From contig JAHPZH010000007.1 in NCBI GenBank assembly GCA_019058315.1, positions 128,001-192,000 of the forward strand: a stretch of DNA of 64,000 nt. The letters are read 5' to 3'. This document shows, piece by piece, positions 1 through 10,979 of the stretch. How positions within the stretch are numbered: position 1 is the stretch's first letter; each line of letters begins with the position of its first letter. The stretch is from Candidatus Helarchaeota archaeon (GTDB lineage: Archaea > Asgardarchaeota > Lokiarchaeia > Helarchaeales > RDOG01). A program made the position numbers and the translations under genes. The notes under the pieces were generated by a model. That model worked only from the letters and a program-made list of their open reading frames with translations, had not been told where the DNA came from and did not search any database.

Positions 1-318
1 AGCTCCTGTATATAACTTTATTCCTTTATATTGAAATCTTGCAAATGGAGTTGGACCTATATTTGAAGTTATAAGATAGTCAACTTTTTGATCCAATATC
101 AAATTAATAGGAGTATCACAAAGATGACCTTCAATTTCATCATTTTTAACAACGTTGATTTCACATTCTTCATCTTCGAAAAGATTTTTCTTTATTGTTC
201 CAGATGGAGGCAATTTTTTATCAATTTCTATTATTGTATAATATTCAGAATGTCCAAAGTGTTCACAAACTTCTGAATCGAGCCCTTTTTTATCCATTGA
301 TGGAATTGCAACTTTCAT
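1..318 (-). CDS. NifB/NifX-family (FeMo-cofactor-binding domain) protein, partial (runs off window start)
   Basis: Translated by hand (not in ORF track): MKVAIPSMDKKGLDSEVCEHFGHSEYYTIIE...VDYLITSNIGPTPF; KVAIP and HFG motifs typical of the family. Confidence 0.8.
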   Translation of the reverse strand, partial: MKVAIPSMDKKGLDSEVCEHFGHSEYYTIIEIDKKLPPSGTIKKNLFEDEECEINVVKNDEIEGHLCDTPINLILDQKVDYLITSNIGPTPFARFQYKGIKLYTGA

Positions 319-454
319 TAAATTTACACCTTTAATGTGTAAAAATAAACTTAAAATAAAAATTCTTTTTTCTTCCTTTAGAAAAAAAAATATATAAATT
401 ATTGTTTATTCACTTTAAAGAATTTAAAAATACAACTGAACTGGTATGTAAATT

Positions 455-1594
455 TTGACCGGAAAAAAAAGAAAACTTAGACATTTGTCAATAAAACCAG
501 AGGATTCAAAATCGTTAGATATTGAAGTTGAAGAGTCTGAATCCATTCCAAATTTAAAGAAAGTTGTATTAAAACCCATTGGTTATCCTCTAACTACCGT
601 TGGGGAATCAGATTCACCTATTTTAAAAACCAATCACCATGAATTATTTCAAGCTTATGCATTGGAAATGTGGCTAGGGCAAATAGCTACGGTAGGTACG
701 TATTTGTTCGATCAATATCTTTTCCCTGACTTTGCGTTCCAAGTAGTCAAAACTCAGCCTAAAATATCAGGAAAAATATCTTTATCAACGAAAATTAAAC
801 TTCTAGAATCAATTCCACCAATAAAAAAAATTGAAGAAAAAATTAGTTTTGATGATATTATTGGCAACGAAGAAGCTAAAAGGAAATGTAAGGTCATTAT
901 GAAATATTTGGATGATCCTGATTTATTCTTAGATTGGATTCCAAGAAATATTCTGTTTTATGGACCACCAGGAACAGGTAAAACAATGACTGCAAAGGCT
1001 TTAGCTACAACATGTAAAATACCCATATTTTTAACTAAAGCTACTGAGTTAGTGGGTATTCATGTCGGAGATGGGGCAAGAAGAGTACATAAGTTGTATT
1101 CAGATGCATCTAAAGGTGGTATTATTTTTATAGATGAATTAGATGCGATAGGATTAGATAGACGATATCAGGCTATTAGAGGAGATGTAACTGAAGTAGT
1201 AAATGCATTATTATCTGAGATGGATGGGTTAGATCCAAATTCAGGCATTGTTACTATTGGTGCAACTAATTCTTTATTTTTGTTAGATCCCTCCTTGGTA
1301 AATAGATTTGAATCTCAAATTAAATTTAACATATTTAATGATGAGGAACGCCTTCAATTTTTTGAAAAATATATTAAAAAATTACCTCTTCCGTTAGAAT
1401 ATGACTTAAAAAAATTATCAGATAAAACCAAGGGGATGACAGGCCGGGAATTGAAAGAAAAGGTTTTAAAAAATGCTTTACATCTAGCCATTCTTGATAA
1501 TTCTAAAATTATTCATTCTCATTTTGTAGATAAAGTTCTAAATGACTTTCAAAATGATAAAGATCCTGAAAAAATTAAAAAAATTTATTTGTAA
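455..1594 (+). CDS. Archaeal AAA+ ATPase (COG1223-like)
   Basis: Walker A GPPGTGKT, Walker B IIFIDE, SRH LDPSLVNRF; N-terminal VVLKPIGYP...YLFD domain. Confidence 0.85.
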   Translation: MTGKKRKLRHLSIKPEDSKSLDIEVEESESIPNLKKVVLKPIGYPLTTVGESDSPILKTNHHELFQAYALEMWLGQIATVGTYLFDQYLFPDFAFQVVKTQPKISGKISLSTKIKLLESIPPIKKIEEKISFDDIIGNEEAKRKCKVIMKYLDDPDLFLDWIPRNILFYGPPGTGKTMTAKALATTCKIPIFLTKATELVGIHVGDGARRVHKLYSDASKGGIIFIDELDAIGLDRRYQAIRGDVTEVVNALLSEMDGLDPNSGIVTIGATNSLFLLDPSLVNRFESQIKFNIFNDEERLQFFEKYIKKLPLPLEYDLKKLSDKTKGMTGRELKEKVLKNALHLAILDNSKIIHSHFVDKVLNDFQNDKDPEKIKKIYL

Positions 1595-1621
1595 TTTTAT
1601 TTTTAATGAACGGGGATTGTC

Positions 1622-2167
1622 TTGATAACAAAAGCCTACGGTATTGTAGGGATGCCTGGATCAGGAAAATCTGAAATTGTTAAAGTTGGTAAAGAAATGA
1701 ATATCCCTATAGTGGTAATGGGAGACGCTATTAGAGATGATTTAACTGAAAAAGGAATAGAAATAACTCCAGAAAATATGGGTAAATATGCCCTTAAGAT
1801 CCGGAAAGAAAACGGAATGGATGTTGTAGCTAAAAAGACTTTTAAAAAGATTTCAAATAAATCCATTAACAAATTAATAATCGAAGGTTTGAGAAATTAC
1901 GAGGAAGTAGAATATTTCAAATCTCATATTGAAAATTTTTTTATTATAGCAGTCCATGCATCTCCTAAAACACGATTTGTTCGTTTACAGAAACGAAAAC
2001 GTGAAGATGATTCTATAAAATGGGAAGTTTTTCTTGATCGAGACAAAAGGGAGATTAATTTTGGTATTTCTAAGCTCATCGCTCTTGCAGATTTTATGAT
2101 AATAAATGAGGGAGAATTAAATCTAGCTCAAGAAAAATTTAAAGAAATCTTACAAGGTCAAGATTAA
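1622..2167 (+). CDS. Archaeal dephospho-CoA kinase-like P-loop kinase (UPF0200/COG0237)
   Basis: GMPGSGKS, MGDAIR, EGLRN, VHASPKTRF..R, RDKREI..GI motifs. Confidence 0.8.
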   Translation: MITKAYGIVGMPGSGKSEIVKVGKEMNIPIVVMGDAIRDDLTEKGIEITPENMGKYALKIRKENGMDVVAKKTFKKISNKSINKLIIEGLRNYEEVEYFKSHIENFFIIAVHASPKTRFVRLQKRKREDDSIKWEVFLDRDKREINFGISKLIALADFMIINEGELNLAQEKFKEILQGQD

Positions 2168-2198
2168 AGTAAATATACCAAAATGAAAAAAATTTTAT

Positions 2199-3272
2199 TT
2201 ATTCTGACATTGGATAAGAACCAAAGATTCTAATCATATTAGTATATTTTTTTAATTCTTCTAAAGCTTCATTGCAAATTTTATTGTCTCTATGCCCCTC
2301 AAAATCTGTGAAAAAGAAGTATTCCCATGGAGTTGTTTTAGAAGGTCTGCTTTCTAATTTAGTAAGATTTATATTCCTTTCAGCAAAGACTTTAAGAGCT
2401 TTAACTAATGCTCCAGGAACGTGTTTTACCGAAAATGCTATAGACGTCTTATCTTTTCCAGTTTCTGGTACTTGAGACTTTCCAATAACAAAGAAACGAG
2501 TATAATTGTTTGGTGCGTCTTCTATTCCTTTGCGCATAATTTTCAAATCATAAATCTTTCCTGCTAATTCAGAACCGATAGCAGCAGCATTTTTTAGTTT
2601 ACTTACTGTTTCAGCTGCATTTGCAGTACTTTTAGTTGTAATCAGTTCTGCGTGTGATAAATTCTCCTCTAAATAGTTTCTACACTGCGAAAATGGCTGT
2701 GGATGGCTATATAATTGGTGAATATCTTTGAATTCGATTGTTTCAGGAGCTATCAAACAAAGAGAAATTCTTTCTATTATTTCACCGCAAACTATAATAT
2801 CTGACTCTAAAATTAAGTCTAAAGTCAATCCAATTGAACCTGTGGTTGAGTTTTCAATAGGAACTACACCATAATCAGATTCTCCAACTCTAACAGATCT
2901 AAAAATGTCAGAAATACTTTTTAACGGAACAAAATTACAGCTAGGTGAAAAATACCTTTGGGCTGCTTGTTCAGAAAAAGTCCCTCTAGGACCTAAGAAA
3001 GCTATTTTATAAGAACAATCTTGAATAATACGGCTAACTGATAAAATTTTTTCAAAAATTTTCCTAATTTCTTGAAATTGGGCACTTTTAAATTTTAATT
3101 TAGATAATTTTTCAAAGATTTTATTTTCTCTCTCTTTATCTATTATTGGGATTTGATTTTTCTTCTTAATGTTACCAATTTCTTTTACTAAAGCTACCCT
3201 TTCATCTAATAAATGAGCAATTTCTTCATTTATTTCATCAATTTTTTTCCTAGCTTTATTTAATTCTTCCAT
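2199..3272 (-). CDS. pheA: Bifunctional chorismate mutase/prephenate dehydratase
   Basis: AroQ N-terminal domain; FLGPRGTFS, PIENS, SHPQ, NYTRF; ACT domain ESRP. Confidence 0.95.
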   Translation of the reverse strand: MEELNKARKKIDEINEEIAHLLDERVALVKEIGNIKKKNQIPIIDKERENKIFEKLSKLKFKSAQFQEIRKIFEKILSVSRIIQDCSYKIAFLGPRGTFSEQAAQRYFSPSCNFVPLKSISDIFRSVRVGESDYGVVPIENSTTGSIGLTLDLILESDIIVCGEIIERISLCLIAPETIEFKDIHQLYSHPQPFSQCRNYLEENLSHAELITTKSTANAAETVSKLKNAAAIGSELAGKIYDLKIMRKGIEDAPNNYTRFFVIGKSQVPETGKDKTSIAFSVKHVPGALVKALKVFAERNINLTKLESRPSKTTPWEYFFFTDFEGHRDNKICNEALEELKKYTNMIRIFGSYPMSE

Positions 3273-3347
3273 TTAATTCCCTAATTAAAAATAATTAAAA
3301 ACTATATCCTTTTTGGAAGTGATTATTTAAAAATTTTTATTAAGAAA

Positions 3348-4064
3348 TTATATACCTTCTTGTAATTCTAATTTTGACATGCATCGAGGACATTTTTCAC
3401 CTGCAGCTTTTACCCACTCCATTATATGAGATCTATGGGCTGCTGATTTACAGTATTTACAACGAACTAATTCAGGGTCGTCGAACATCACCATTTGATG
3501 ACAAATAACACATTTTAATTGTCTTTTTTCTTGTTCAAAAGGTAAGCAGACTAATTCTTTCTTTAATTCATCATATTCACCGATAAGATCTCCATCAAAC
3601 ACGGCATTTTCAAGGATCTTTTCAACTGTTGAATTATCAATACCCAATTCCTTTGCGATCTTTTCTACAGAAACTCTATCAAACTCGCCAGTATTAGTTA
3701 CGCACCAATGTAAAACTCTATCTCTACTATTCATTAGAGCGGTGATAGGAATTTTTGTTGAATAACTTTCCATGGCTTGAAGTGCTCTACTAACATGCAT
3801 ATCAATAAAAGGATCCTCAAATAAATGACCATTAATTAGAAGAGCTACTGCATTAATTACATCATTTCCATTTGATTTTTCAATAACTTCAGTTAGAAAT
3901 TCATACATATCTCTAATAATTTCAGTATCGATGCCATCCATTTCTAAAATATAATATAATTCATTGATAGCTCCCTCATAATCAGAAATAGATACCATAT
4001 CTTTAGCTTTTTTTATTATTGCCTTTGCTTTCTTGTTCATTGATATAATGTCTAATTTAATCAC
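3348..4064 (-). CDS. Helical + PCI-like winged helix + C-terminal RING-type zinc finger protein
   Basis: VSVEKIAKELGIDNSTVEKILENAVFDGDLIGEYD (PCI-like); CVIC...CKYC...HRSH..W...CPRC. Confidence 0.7.
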   Translation of the reverse strand: MIKLDIISMNKKAKAIIKKAKDMVSISDYEGAINELYYILEMDGIDTEIIRDMYEFLTEVIEKSNGNDVINAVALLINGHLFEDPFIDMHVSRALQAMESYSTKIPITALMNSRDRVLHWCVTNTGEFDRVSVEKIAKELGIDNSTVEKILENAVFDGDLIGEYDELKKELVCLPFEQEKRQLKCVICHQMVMFDDPELVRCKYCKSAAHRSHIMEWVKAAGEKCPRCMSKLELQEGI

Positions 4065-4215
4065 CCGTTTGAAAAAAAAACCAATTTTTTAAAAATAAAT
4101 ATTTCCTTTTTTCTTTTCATTCAAATGAGTTAATTTAAAGTTAAAACTAGGTTAAATATAACTCAATAATTTTTGGTTTATTCATTACAGAAAAACAAAA
4201 TGAGGAGTAATTATT

Positions 4216-4965
4216 TTGATTCAAATAATAGGAATAAAAGGGATTCCGATTATAAAACCCGGAGATAAAATAGCTGAAATTATATTTAATTCTATACAGA
4301 ATCAATCGCCTCTTGAAAATAAGGATATAATTGTTATTGCACAATCAATTATTTCTCGTGCTGAAGGAAGGGTTGTTAATTGGACAGAAATTGATCCAAC
4401 TCCTGAAGCAATTAAGCTAGGTAAAGAATTAGATAAAGATCCTAGAATAGTATCTCTTATTTTAAATGAATCAGTTTCAATATCTAGAAAAGGCCAAGGA
4501 AAGTTAATTGTTGAATTAAAATCTGGAATAATCTGTGCTAATGCTGGGATAGATCGTTCAAACTCCGGGGGAAATGATTTAGTTACTCTATTACCAGAGG
4601 ATCCTGATAAAAGTGCCCAACAAATTAGAGAAAAGATTAAAGAATTCTCCGGTTTAGATATTGGTGTAATTATTTCTGATACTCATGGGCGACCGTTTAG
4701 GAATGGAGCAATAAATATTGCGCTTGGAATCTCTGGATTTGAAAATGGATTATTGAGTTATGCGGGAAAAAAAGATTTATTTAATTATGAATTAGAATCA
4801 TCAATAGTTAATGTTGTTGATGAATTAGCAAGTGCTGCAGAATTAGTTATGGGAGAATCCGATGAAGCTATTCCTGTAGTGCTAATTCGAGGTTATAAAT
4901 TCAATATTGGTAATGATCGTTCTAAATCATTGATTAGAGAAAAAGAATCCGATTTATTTAGGTAA
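4216..4965 (+). CDS. cofE: Coenzyme F420-0:L-glutamate ligase
   Basis: IISRAEG, CANAGIDRSN, LLPEDPD, SDTHGRPFR, DELASAA.LVMGE. Confidence 0.95.
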   Translation: MIQIIGIKGIPIIKPGDKIAEIIFNSIQNQSPLENKDIIVIAQSIISRAEGRVVNWTEIDPTPEAIKLGKELDKDPRIVSLILNESVSISRKGQGKLIVELKSGIICANAGIDRSNSGGNDLVTLLPEDPDKSAQQIREKIKEFSGLDIGVIISDTHGRPFRNGAINIALGISGFENGLLSYAGKKDLFNYELESSIVNVVDELASAAELVMGESDEAIPVVLIRGYKFNIGNDRSKSLIREKESDLFR

Positions 4966-4990
4966 TTAATCATTTAATAAAATTTACAAG

Positions 4991-5431
4991 ATGATTATCA
5001 TGGAAAAAGCAAAAAAATTAAAAAAATATCCTAAAATTACAGTAGACGCGATAATTATGGTTGATAAAGAGTCAATTGTTTTAATAAAAAGAAAAAATCA
5101 ACCCTATAAAGACTGCTGGGCAATCCCAGGTGGCTTTGTGGAATTAGGAGAAACTCTTGAGAATGCGGTTATGCGAGAGGCTAAAGAGGAAACTGGTTTG
5201 GATATTAAACCTATAAAAATTTTGAATATTTATTCAGATCCTAACCGAGATCCAAGAGGTCATACCATAACTGCCGCTTTTATTTGTGAAAAAATTGGGG
5301 GCACTTTAAAAGCAAATTCAGATGCAAAAGACATAAGAATTATCAAGATTAATTCAATAGAAACAATTAAACTAGCTTTTGATCATGATAAAATTCTAGT
5401 TGATTTTAATGAATTTTTAAAGGAGGAATAA
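4991..5431 (+). CDS. NUDIX hydrolase (ADP-ribose pyrophosphatase-like)
   Basis: Nudix box GGFVELGETLENAVMREAKEETG; RDPR; LAFDH. Confidence 0.9.
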   Translation: MIIMEKAKKLKKYPKITVDAIIMVDKESIVLIKRKNQPYKDCWAIPGGFVELGETLENAVMREAKEETGLDIKPIKILNIYSDPNRDPRGHTITAAFICEKIGGTLKANSDAKDIRIIKINSIETIKLAFDHDKILVDFNEFLKEE

Positions 5432-5433
5432 TT

Positions 5434-6150
5434 TTGGAAGAAGATTTTGATATAAGAGGTCATATTGAACCAATAGAAGAAAGAATTATTAAAAAATTTT
5501 ATATATGTAAAGTAACTTGTGATAAATATGCTGCTAAAACAAAAATGGAGGAAAAAAGACTTAAAAGCATCAAAACTATGCCGAGTGGGGAAAAATCTAC
5601 AAAGGGAATAGAATTTAACACAAAATATATTCCATATTTCTATCTTGAGGGGAATTACACTATAGATTACTTAAGACGTAATAAATACACGCTAAAAATT
5701 GATCCTGAAGTCAAGGCAATCAAAATTGAAGATAGTGAAAGTATTGTTAATTTAGAAAAAATGGTTAGAGTCAAATCTAATGAACTGGAACTGAATATAA
5801 TTGAGAAATTAAAATTCGAGAATAATGGCGAAATAACGTTAGATAAAGATATGAATTCAATCCAGAAAAAAACTATCCCTTATTATAATGAAATTGATGA
5901 AAATACATATAATGAATACGAATCAAATAAAGAAATTGAAGAATCAAAATATCCACATAATTATTTTATAGAAAAATTAAAAGAACTAATTATTAAACGT
6001 CCAAACGATACTGTTAGAACATTAAAAGAAATTTTTGAAGCAAATTTGAACATTATATTAAGACCAAATTATGAAGGAATATTTGAGTACAAAGGTAAAA
6101 TTGTTAAAATGATCGTAGATGGTGTTACAGGTAAAACTAAAATGGAATAG
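5434..6150 (+). CDS. Hypothetical protein
   Basis: 238 aa ORF with GGAGG SD-like site, directly after the NUDIX gene; ends IVDGVTGK. Confidence 0.7.
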   Translation: MEEDFDIRGHIEPIEERIIKKFYICKVTCDKYAAKTKMEEKRLKSIKTMPSGEKSTKGIEFNTKYIPYFYLEGNYTIDYLRRNKYTLKIDPEVKAIKIEDSESIVNLEKMVRVKSNELELNIIEKLKFENNGEITLDKDMNSIQKKTIPYYNEIDENTYNEYESNKEIEESKYPHNYFIEKLKELIIKRPNDTVRTLKEIFEANLNIILRPNYEGIFEYKGKIVKMIVDGVTGKTKME

Positions 6151-6262
6151 TTATACTATAATTAAAATTTATTTTCATTCCTAAAAAACAAAATTAAAAT
6201 AGGTTTAAGAAATATCATAAAAGTATCATTAATCAATTGAATTATTCTAAATGGTGTTTTAG

Positions 6263-6874
6263 ATGAAAATTAGAATTTTTTTGAAATCATTTAAATTAGC
6301 ATGGCGAACTGGGAAACGTTTTGTAATATTCGTCGCAGTTTATATGTTCTTAATAATTTTTACTTCATATATGCTTATACAACTATGGGGACCATCAATA
6401 CAGGCAATAGAGAATCCGTTTGAGCGATTGGGTAACCAAATTGTATTTGATATGGAATTTTTTACCCCAAAAGGTCCACTTATCATAGGTTTTACTTTAA
6501 TAGTTGTTGGAACAATTATAGTAGCTACTTTTTACGGTTTTATTGTGTCCGGTTACAGGAAAAGAGAAGTTGCAACATTAAGGACTATTGGTTGGGATGC
6601 GGGTTCTATTCGAACATTATTTTTAGGAGAATTACTTCTAGTTTACCTTGTAGCTTTTTTAATGGTTATTGAAATAGTTTTTCATATACTAGGTGTTAGT
6701 CACTATTTTCTAAAAACCACGGATGTTCCAGGTTTACGAGGAATTATAATTCCCGGTGAAGTATTAGCCACAACCTTTTTAATGATCTTGGGTTGTCAAG
6801 TTTTTGGGACATTTGTTGGATATCGTCGTATGCTTAGGGTAAGCCCAATGGATGCGATGCGTAAAGCAGTATAA
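6263..6874 (+). CDS. ABC transporter permease, FtsX/MacB-like (short)
   Basis: About 4 TM segments; RKREVATLRTIGW; SPMDAMR C-terminus. Confidence 0.85.
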   Translation: MKIRIFLKSFKLAWRTGKRFVIFVAVYMFLIIFTSYMLIQLWGPSIQAIENPFERLGNQIVFDMEFFTPKGPLIIGFTLIVVGTIIVATFYGFIVSGYRKREVATLRTIGWDAGSIRTLFLGELLLVYLVAFLMVIEIVFHILGVSHYFLKTTDVPGLRGIIIPGEVLATTFLMILGCQVFGTFVGYRRMLRVSPMDAMRKAV

Positions 6875-6886
6875 GGAGATGGATGA

Positions 6887-7573
6887 ATGAGTGAAGAAGA
6901 AGTCATAATCGCAGAAAATGTTTCTCATGAATACCGTAGAGGTAAAGATATAACTGTTGCAATTAAAAATATCAATTTGAAAATAAAGAAAGGTGAATTC
7001 TTAGTAATAGTAGGACCTTCGGGAAGTGGAAAATCCACTTTATTAAATATTCTTAGTGGAATGGATAAACCTACAGCTGGAAGAGTGATTCTAGATGGAT
7101 TAGACACTGGAATGATTGAAGAAGATCTTTTTCCAAAAATAAGAAGAGAAAGAGTCGGGTTTGTATTTCAAAATTGGAATTTAATTGATGGTCTCACAGC
7201 AATTGAAAATGTTGAAGCACCTCTTTGGCCCTCAGATTTAAATGGTAAAATTATCGAGGAGCGAGCGTTAACTTTGCTACGTTTGATTAACCTTATAGAA
7301 AGAAAAGATCATCATCCAAAAGAATTAAGTGGCGGGGAGCAACAACGGGTTGCAATAGCAAGGGCTTTAATTAATCAACCAAAAGTCGTTTTTGCTGATG
7401 AACCAACAGGAAACTTAGATAGCAAAACCGGTGAAGAAATAGTTTCATTATTAAAACGTTTAAACGAAGAAGAAAACGTAACTGTTATAGTAGTCACACA
7501 CGATGATAGTCTAATAAAATTCGCTGATAGAGTAATATATCTTAAAGATGGACAAATCAAAGAAACTAGATAA
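6887..7573 (+). CDS. ABC transporter ATP-binding protein (LolD/MacB-like)
   Basis: GPSGSGKS, LSGGEQQRVAIARAL, ADEPTGNLD, VTHD. Confidence 0.95.
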   Translation: MSEEEVIIAENVSHEYRRGKDITVAIKNINLKIKKGEFLVIVGPSGSGKSTLLNILSGMDKPTAGRVILDGLDTGMIEEDLFPKIRRERVGFVFQNWNLIDGLTAIENVEAPLWPSDLNGKIIEERALTLLRLINLIERKDHHPKELSGGEQQRVAIARALINQPKVVFADEPTGNLDSKTGEEIVSLLKRLNEEENVTVIVVTHDDSLIKFADRVIYLKDGQIKETR

Positions 7574-7616
7574 TCTTTTATTTTTTTATAATTTGCCTAA
7601 AAATAAGAATTGAAAA

Positions 7617-10600
7617 TTAAGTTCGATCCTTTAATTTCAATTTTGGCATTATATTTAAACTCATTAATTCTTGTAATAATAATTTAAATGCATATGATAC
7701 TGTAACTCTTGAAATTTTTACTTTATCTCCACAGATTGGGCAATAATATTTATCTTTATTACGATCATAGACCCCTATCATTCCACATTCATCACAAATT
7801 AAAACTGTGGTTTTATCTGATTCATCCAGTAATCTCTCTTTTAATAATAAAGCCGCACCATGTCCAATTAAACAATCTCGTTCCATTTCACCAAAGCGTA
7901 ACCCTCCTTCTCGTGCTCTTCCTTCTGTAGGTTGTCTAGTAAGAATTTGTACAGGTCCTCTTGCGCGAGCATGAATTTTATCAGCCACCATATGATGGAG
8001 TTTTTGGTAATAAACTATCCCTATGAAAATATCTGCATCATATTTCTCTCCAGTCGTCCCATTATACATTGGTTCACGACCATTATGATGAAATCCAAGT
8101 CTATTCAATTCTTCATGAAGAGTGCCTGTAGGAACCCCTGAAAATGCAGTACTATCTATTCTTTTTCCAGTTAAAGATCCAATTTTACCAGCAATAGCTT
8201 CAAAAATTTGCCCCAATGTCATACGTGAGGGGATAGCATGTGGATTAATGATTAAATCAGGAACAATACCGTCAGCTGTAAAGGGCATATCCTCCTGAGG
8301 AACAATTAGTCCTAATACTCCTTTTTGACCATGGCGAGATGCAAATTTATCTCCTAGTTCTGGAACTCTTTGATCTCTAACTTTTATTTTAACCAATCTA
8401 TTACCATCAATAGTTTCAGTTAAAATAACGGAGTCAACTACACCATTTTCACCATGACGTAAATTTACAGAAGTTTCTCTTCTTATTGGAGCTGGCAATT
8501 CAAATTCTCTATATTCTTCTAAGAATCGTGGTGGACTTGTTCTGCCTATTAAAACTTCACCACCTTTTATTTGAACTTCTGGCTCAATTATTCCATCTGC
8601 TCCAAGATGACGATATGCTTCGGCGACTCTATATCCCCGGACACTCCTATCTGGAACTTCGAACTTATCTTCTTGACCACCTGGATATTTCTGTTCTTCT
8701 GCTTCATAACAACGGAAAAATGAAGAGCAGCCTAAACCACGTTCTTTTGATGCTTTATTAATAATTAAAGCATCTTCTATGTTATATCCTTGAAATGAAA
8801 TGATTGCTATTATAAAATTTTGACCAGCTGGTCTTTTATCAAAGCCTATGGCTCCCATAGCTTTAGTTTTTACAAGTGGTAGCTGAGGATAATGTAGTAA
8901 ATGACCTCGTGTATCTACCCGTAAATTAAAATTAGCGCTATATAAGCCAAGAGCTTGTTTTGCCATTCCGGCTTCATAAGTGTTACGTGGAGATTGATTA
9001 TGTTCGGGATACGGAATTACTGCAGCCGTTATTCCAAGGATTGTAGAAGGTGCTATCTCTAAATGAGTGTGTGTTTCATTAATTTCAGATTCATCTAGAG
9101 CAATATAACAATTTTCTTCTTCTTCAGCATCAAGATATTCGACTATTCCATTAATAATTAAATCAGTCCATTGCCATTCCTTATTTTTTATTTTCTCAAG
9201 TATATCAACCGTTAGTTTAGATTTAGCATTTTCGACAATAATAACTGGCCTTCTAGCACGTCCCGCATCACAATTAATCTGAATTTCATTTGTATCCTCA
9301 TAAAGTGCTATATTCACTTCATGATCTATTTCATTCCTTCTCCTTTTGACTCGAATTTGATTTATTAATTCACCAGGATTAGAATGGAGTCCTACTAATC
9401 TTCCATTTAAGAAAACTTTCGCTCCACTCATGAGTTTCTTTTTTCTTATTTCTTCAATTAATTCAAGTCCTAGATCCAAAAGCAAACTTTCAATCTTTGC
9501 TTCATCAGATCCTACTGAAATATAAGCCATGAGGGTAAGATTCTTAACCAAGCCACAATTCGGTCCTTCTGGGGTTTCATTGGGGCATATCTTACCCCAA
9601 TGTGTTGGATGGAGGTCTCGCGCCTCAAAATGTGGCTGACTTCTGCTTAATGGGGATACAACCCGTCTTAAATGACTCAAAGACGAAATATAATTAGTGC
9701 GATCTAATAATTGTGAAACACCCGCCTTTCCTCCAACCCAATTTCCAGTTGCTAAAGCATGACGGAGTCGTTCAGTTACAACATCAGCACGAACAGCGGT
9801 TCTTATATTTGGACGTTTTCCCCTAACTGTTGTCCTTTCAAGTTGGTATTTAATATCACGACATAAATTTAAAAAGGCTACTCGAAAAAGACTTGTAAGC
9901 AAATCTCCTGCAAGTTTTAATCTTTTATTTGCATAATGATCTTTATCATCTGGGTCTCTTTTTGCTACAGATAATTCTAGTAAGCGTTGTGCCATTTGAC
10001 CCAAATAAAAAGCTTTTTTAATGCGATCTTTACTTTCTCTTCCAATATGTGGTAATAAATATCTATCCAAAATTTGGCCAGCTCGCCTAAGACGATATTC
10101 TCTAGTCTGTCCTACTGCTACTCGTTTTCCTATATAATCAAGTGCATTTTTTAACGTATTTTCTGGGTCTTTAGGTATATTTATTGGTGAAGCAGCCTCC
10201 AAAGTTGGTATTAATTTTCTATGAATCTGGGGATCAGCAGTAATTGCTTCTGTAATTTCCCTATCGCTAACTAGGCCTAATGCCCGCATCATAATAGCTA
10301 AAGGAACTTTTCCTGGAACTGAAGGAAATGTAACTCGTAATGATCCATCTCTTTTACTTTCAAGCGTAACTGGTGCTCTAAAGCCATGAGATGTTGAAAA
10401 TACTTTTGCTACATGTGTTGCAGATACACTCTGACTTGCTTCCTCAATAAGAATCCTATTTGGTGCTAAATCCTCTCGTGTTACTAATACCCTTTCAGAA
10501 CCGTTAATTATAAAATAGCCACCTGGGTCCATGAAGTCCTCATTGAATTTGGGAAGATCTTCATCTTTGATGTTTTTCAATAAACAGACGTTTGAACGTA

Positions 10601-10979
10601 ACATTATGGGTAATCGACCAATGTAAACATTTTCTGTTTCACCCTCTACTTCAAGTCCAGTACGTTCATCCTTAAAAACAGGGGTCATTTCTAGTTTTAA
10701 AGAAGCGGAATATGTCAAATTTCGTATTCTAGCTTCCATTGGGAAAATGGGTTTCATTGAACCATCTGCTTCTTTAATCGATGGTTCACTGACCGAAATT
10801 TTTCCTAATTTCACATAAAATTGAGAAATATCAAATTCAATTTTACCTACTTCATCAACTATTTGTTGTAAGGTATTTTCAATAAAATAATTATAAGAAT
10901 CTAAATGTTGGCGCACAAGCCCTTTCTCTACAAAGAAAGCGACCATAACTGGCCAGTTTTTATTTTCACTAACCATCAA
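7617..10979 (-). CDS. rpoB: DNA-directed RNA polymerase subunit B (Rpo2, unsplit)
   Basis: GGYFIINGSE, ETPEGPNCGL, GDKFASRHGQKG, QPTEGRAREGGLRFGEMERD, C-terminal Zn ribbon. Confidence 0.99.
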   Translation of the reverse strand: MMVSENKNWPVMVAFFVEKGLVRQHLDSYNYFIENTLQQIVDEVGKIEFDISQFYVKLGKISVSEPSIKEADGSMKPIFPMEARIRNLTYSASLKLEMTPVFKDERTGLEVEGETENVYIGRLPIMLRSNVCLLKNIKDEDLPKFNEDFMDPGGYFIINGSERVLVTREDLAPNRILIEEASQSVSATHVAKVFSTSHGFRAPVTLESKRDGSLRVTFPSVPGKVPLAIMMRALGLVSDREITEAITADPQIHRKLIPTLEAASPINIPKDPENTLKNALDYIGKRVAVGQTREYRLRRAGQILDRYLLPHIGRESKDRIKKAFYLGQMAQRLLELSVAKRDPDDKDHYANKRLKLAGDLLTSLFRVAFLNLCRDIKYQLERTTVRGKRPNIRTAVRADVVTERLRHALATGNWVGGKAGVSQLLDRTNYISSLSHLRRVVSPLSRSQPHFEARDLHPTHWGKICPNETPEGPNCGLVKNLTLMAYISVGSDEAKIESLLLDLGLELIEEIRKKKLMSGAKVFLNGRLVGLHSNPGELINQIRVKRRRNEIDHEVNIALYEDTNEIQINCDAGRARRPVIIVENAKSKLTVDILEKIKNKEWQWTDLIINGIVEYLDAEEEENCYIALDESEINETHTHLEIAPSTILGITAAVIPYPEHNQSPRNTYEAGMAKQALGLYSANFNLRVDTRGHLLHYPQLPLVKTKAMGAIGFDKRPAGQNFIIAIISFQGYNIEDALIINKASKERGLGCSSFFRCYEAEEQKYPGGQEDKFEVPDRSVRGYRVAEAYRHLGADGIIEPEVQIKGGEVLIGRTSPPRFLEEYREFELPAPIRRETSVNLRHGENGVVDSVILTETIDGNRLVKIKVRDQRVPELGDKFASRHGQKGVLGLIVPQEDMPFTADGIVPDLIINPHAIPSRMTLGQIFEAIAGKIGSLTGKRIDSTAFSGVPTGTLHEELNRLGFHHNGREPMYNGTTGEKYDADIFIGIVYYQKLHHMVADKIHARARGPVQILTRQPTEGRAREGGLRFGEMERDCLIGHGAALLLKERLLDESDKTTVLICDECGMIGVYDRNKDKYYCPICGDKVKISRVTVSYAFKLLLQELMSLNIMPKLKLKDRT

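Noticed and set aside
88-276. 62 aa plus-strand ORF in the track
   Set aside because: Antisense shadow of the NifB/NifX-family gene on the minus strand.
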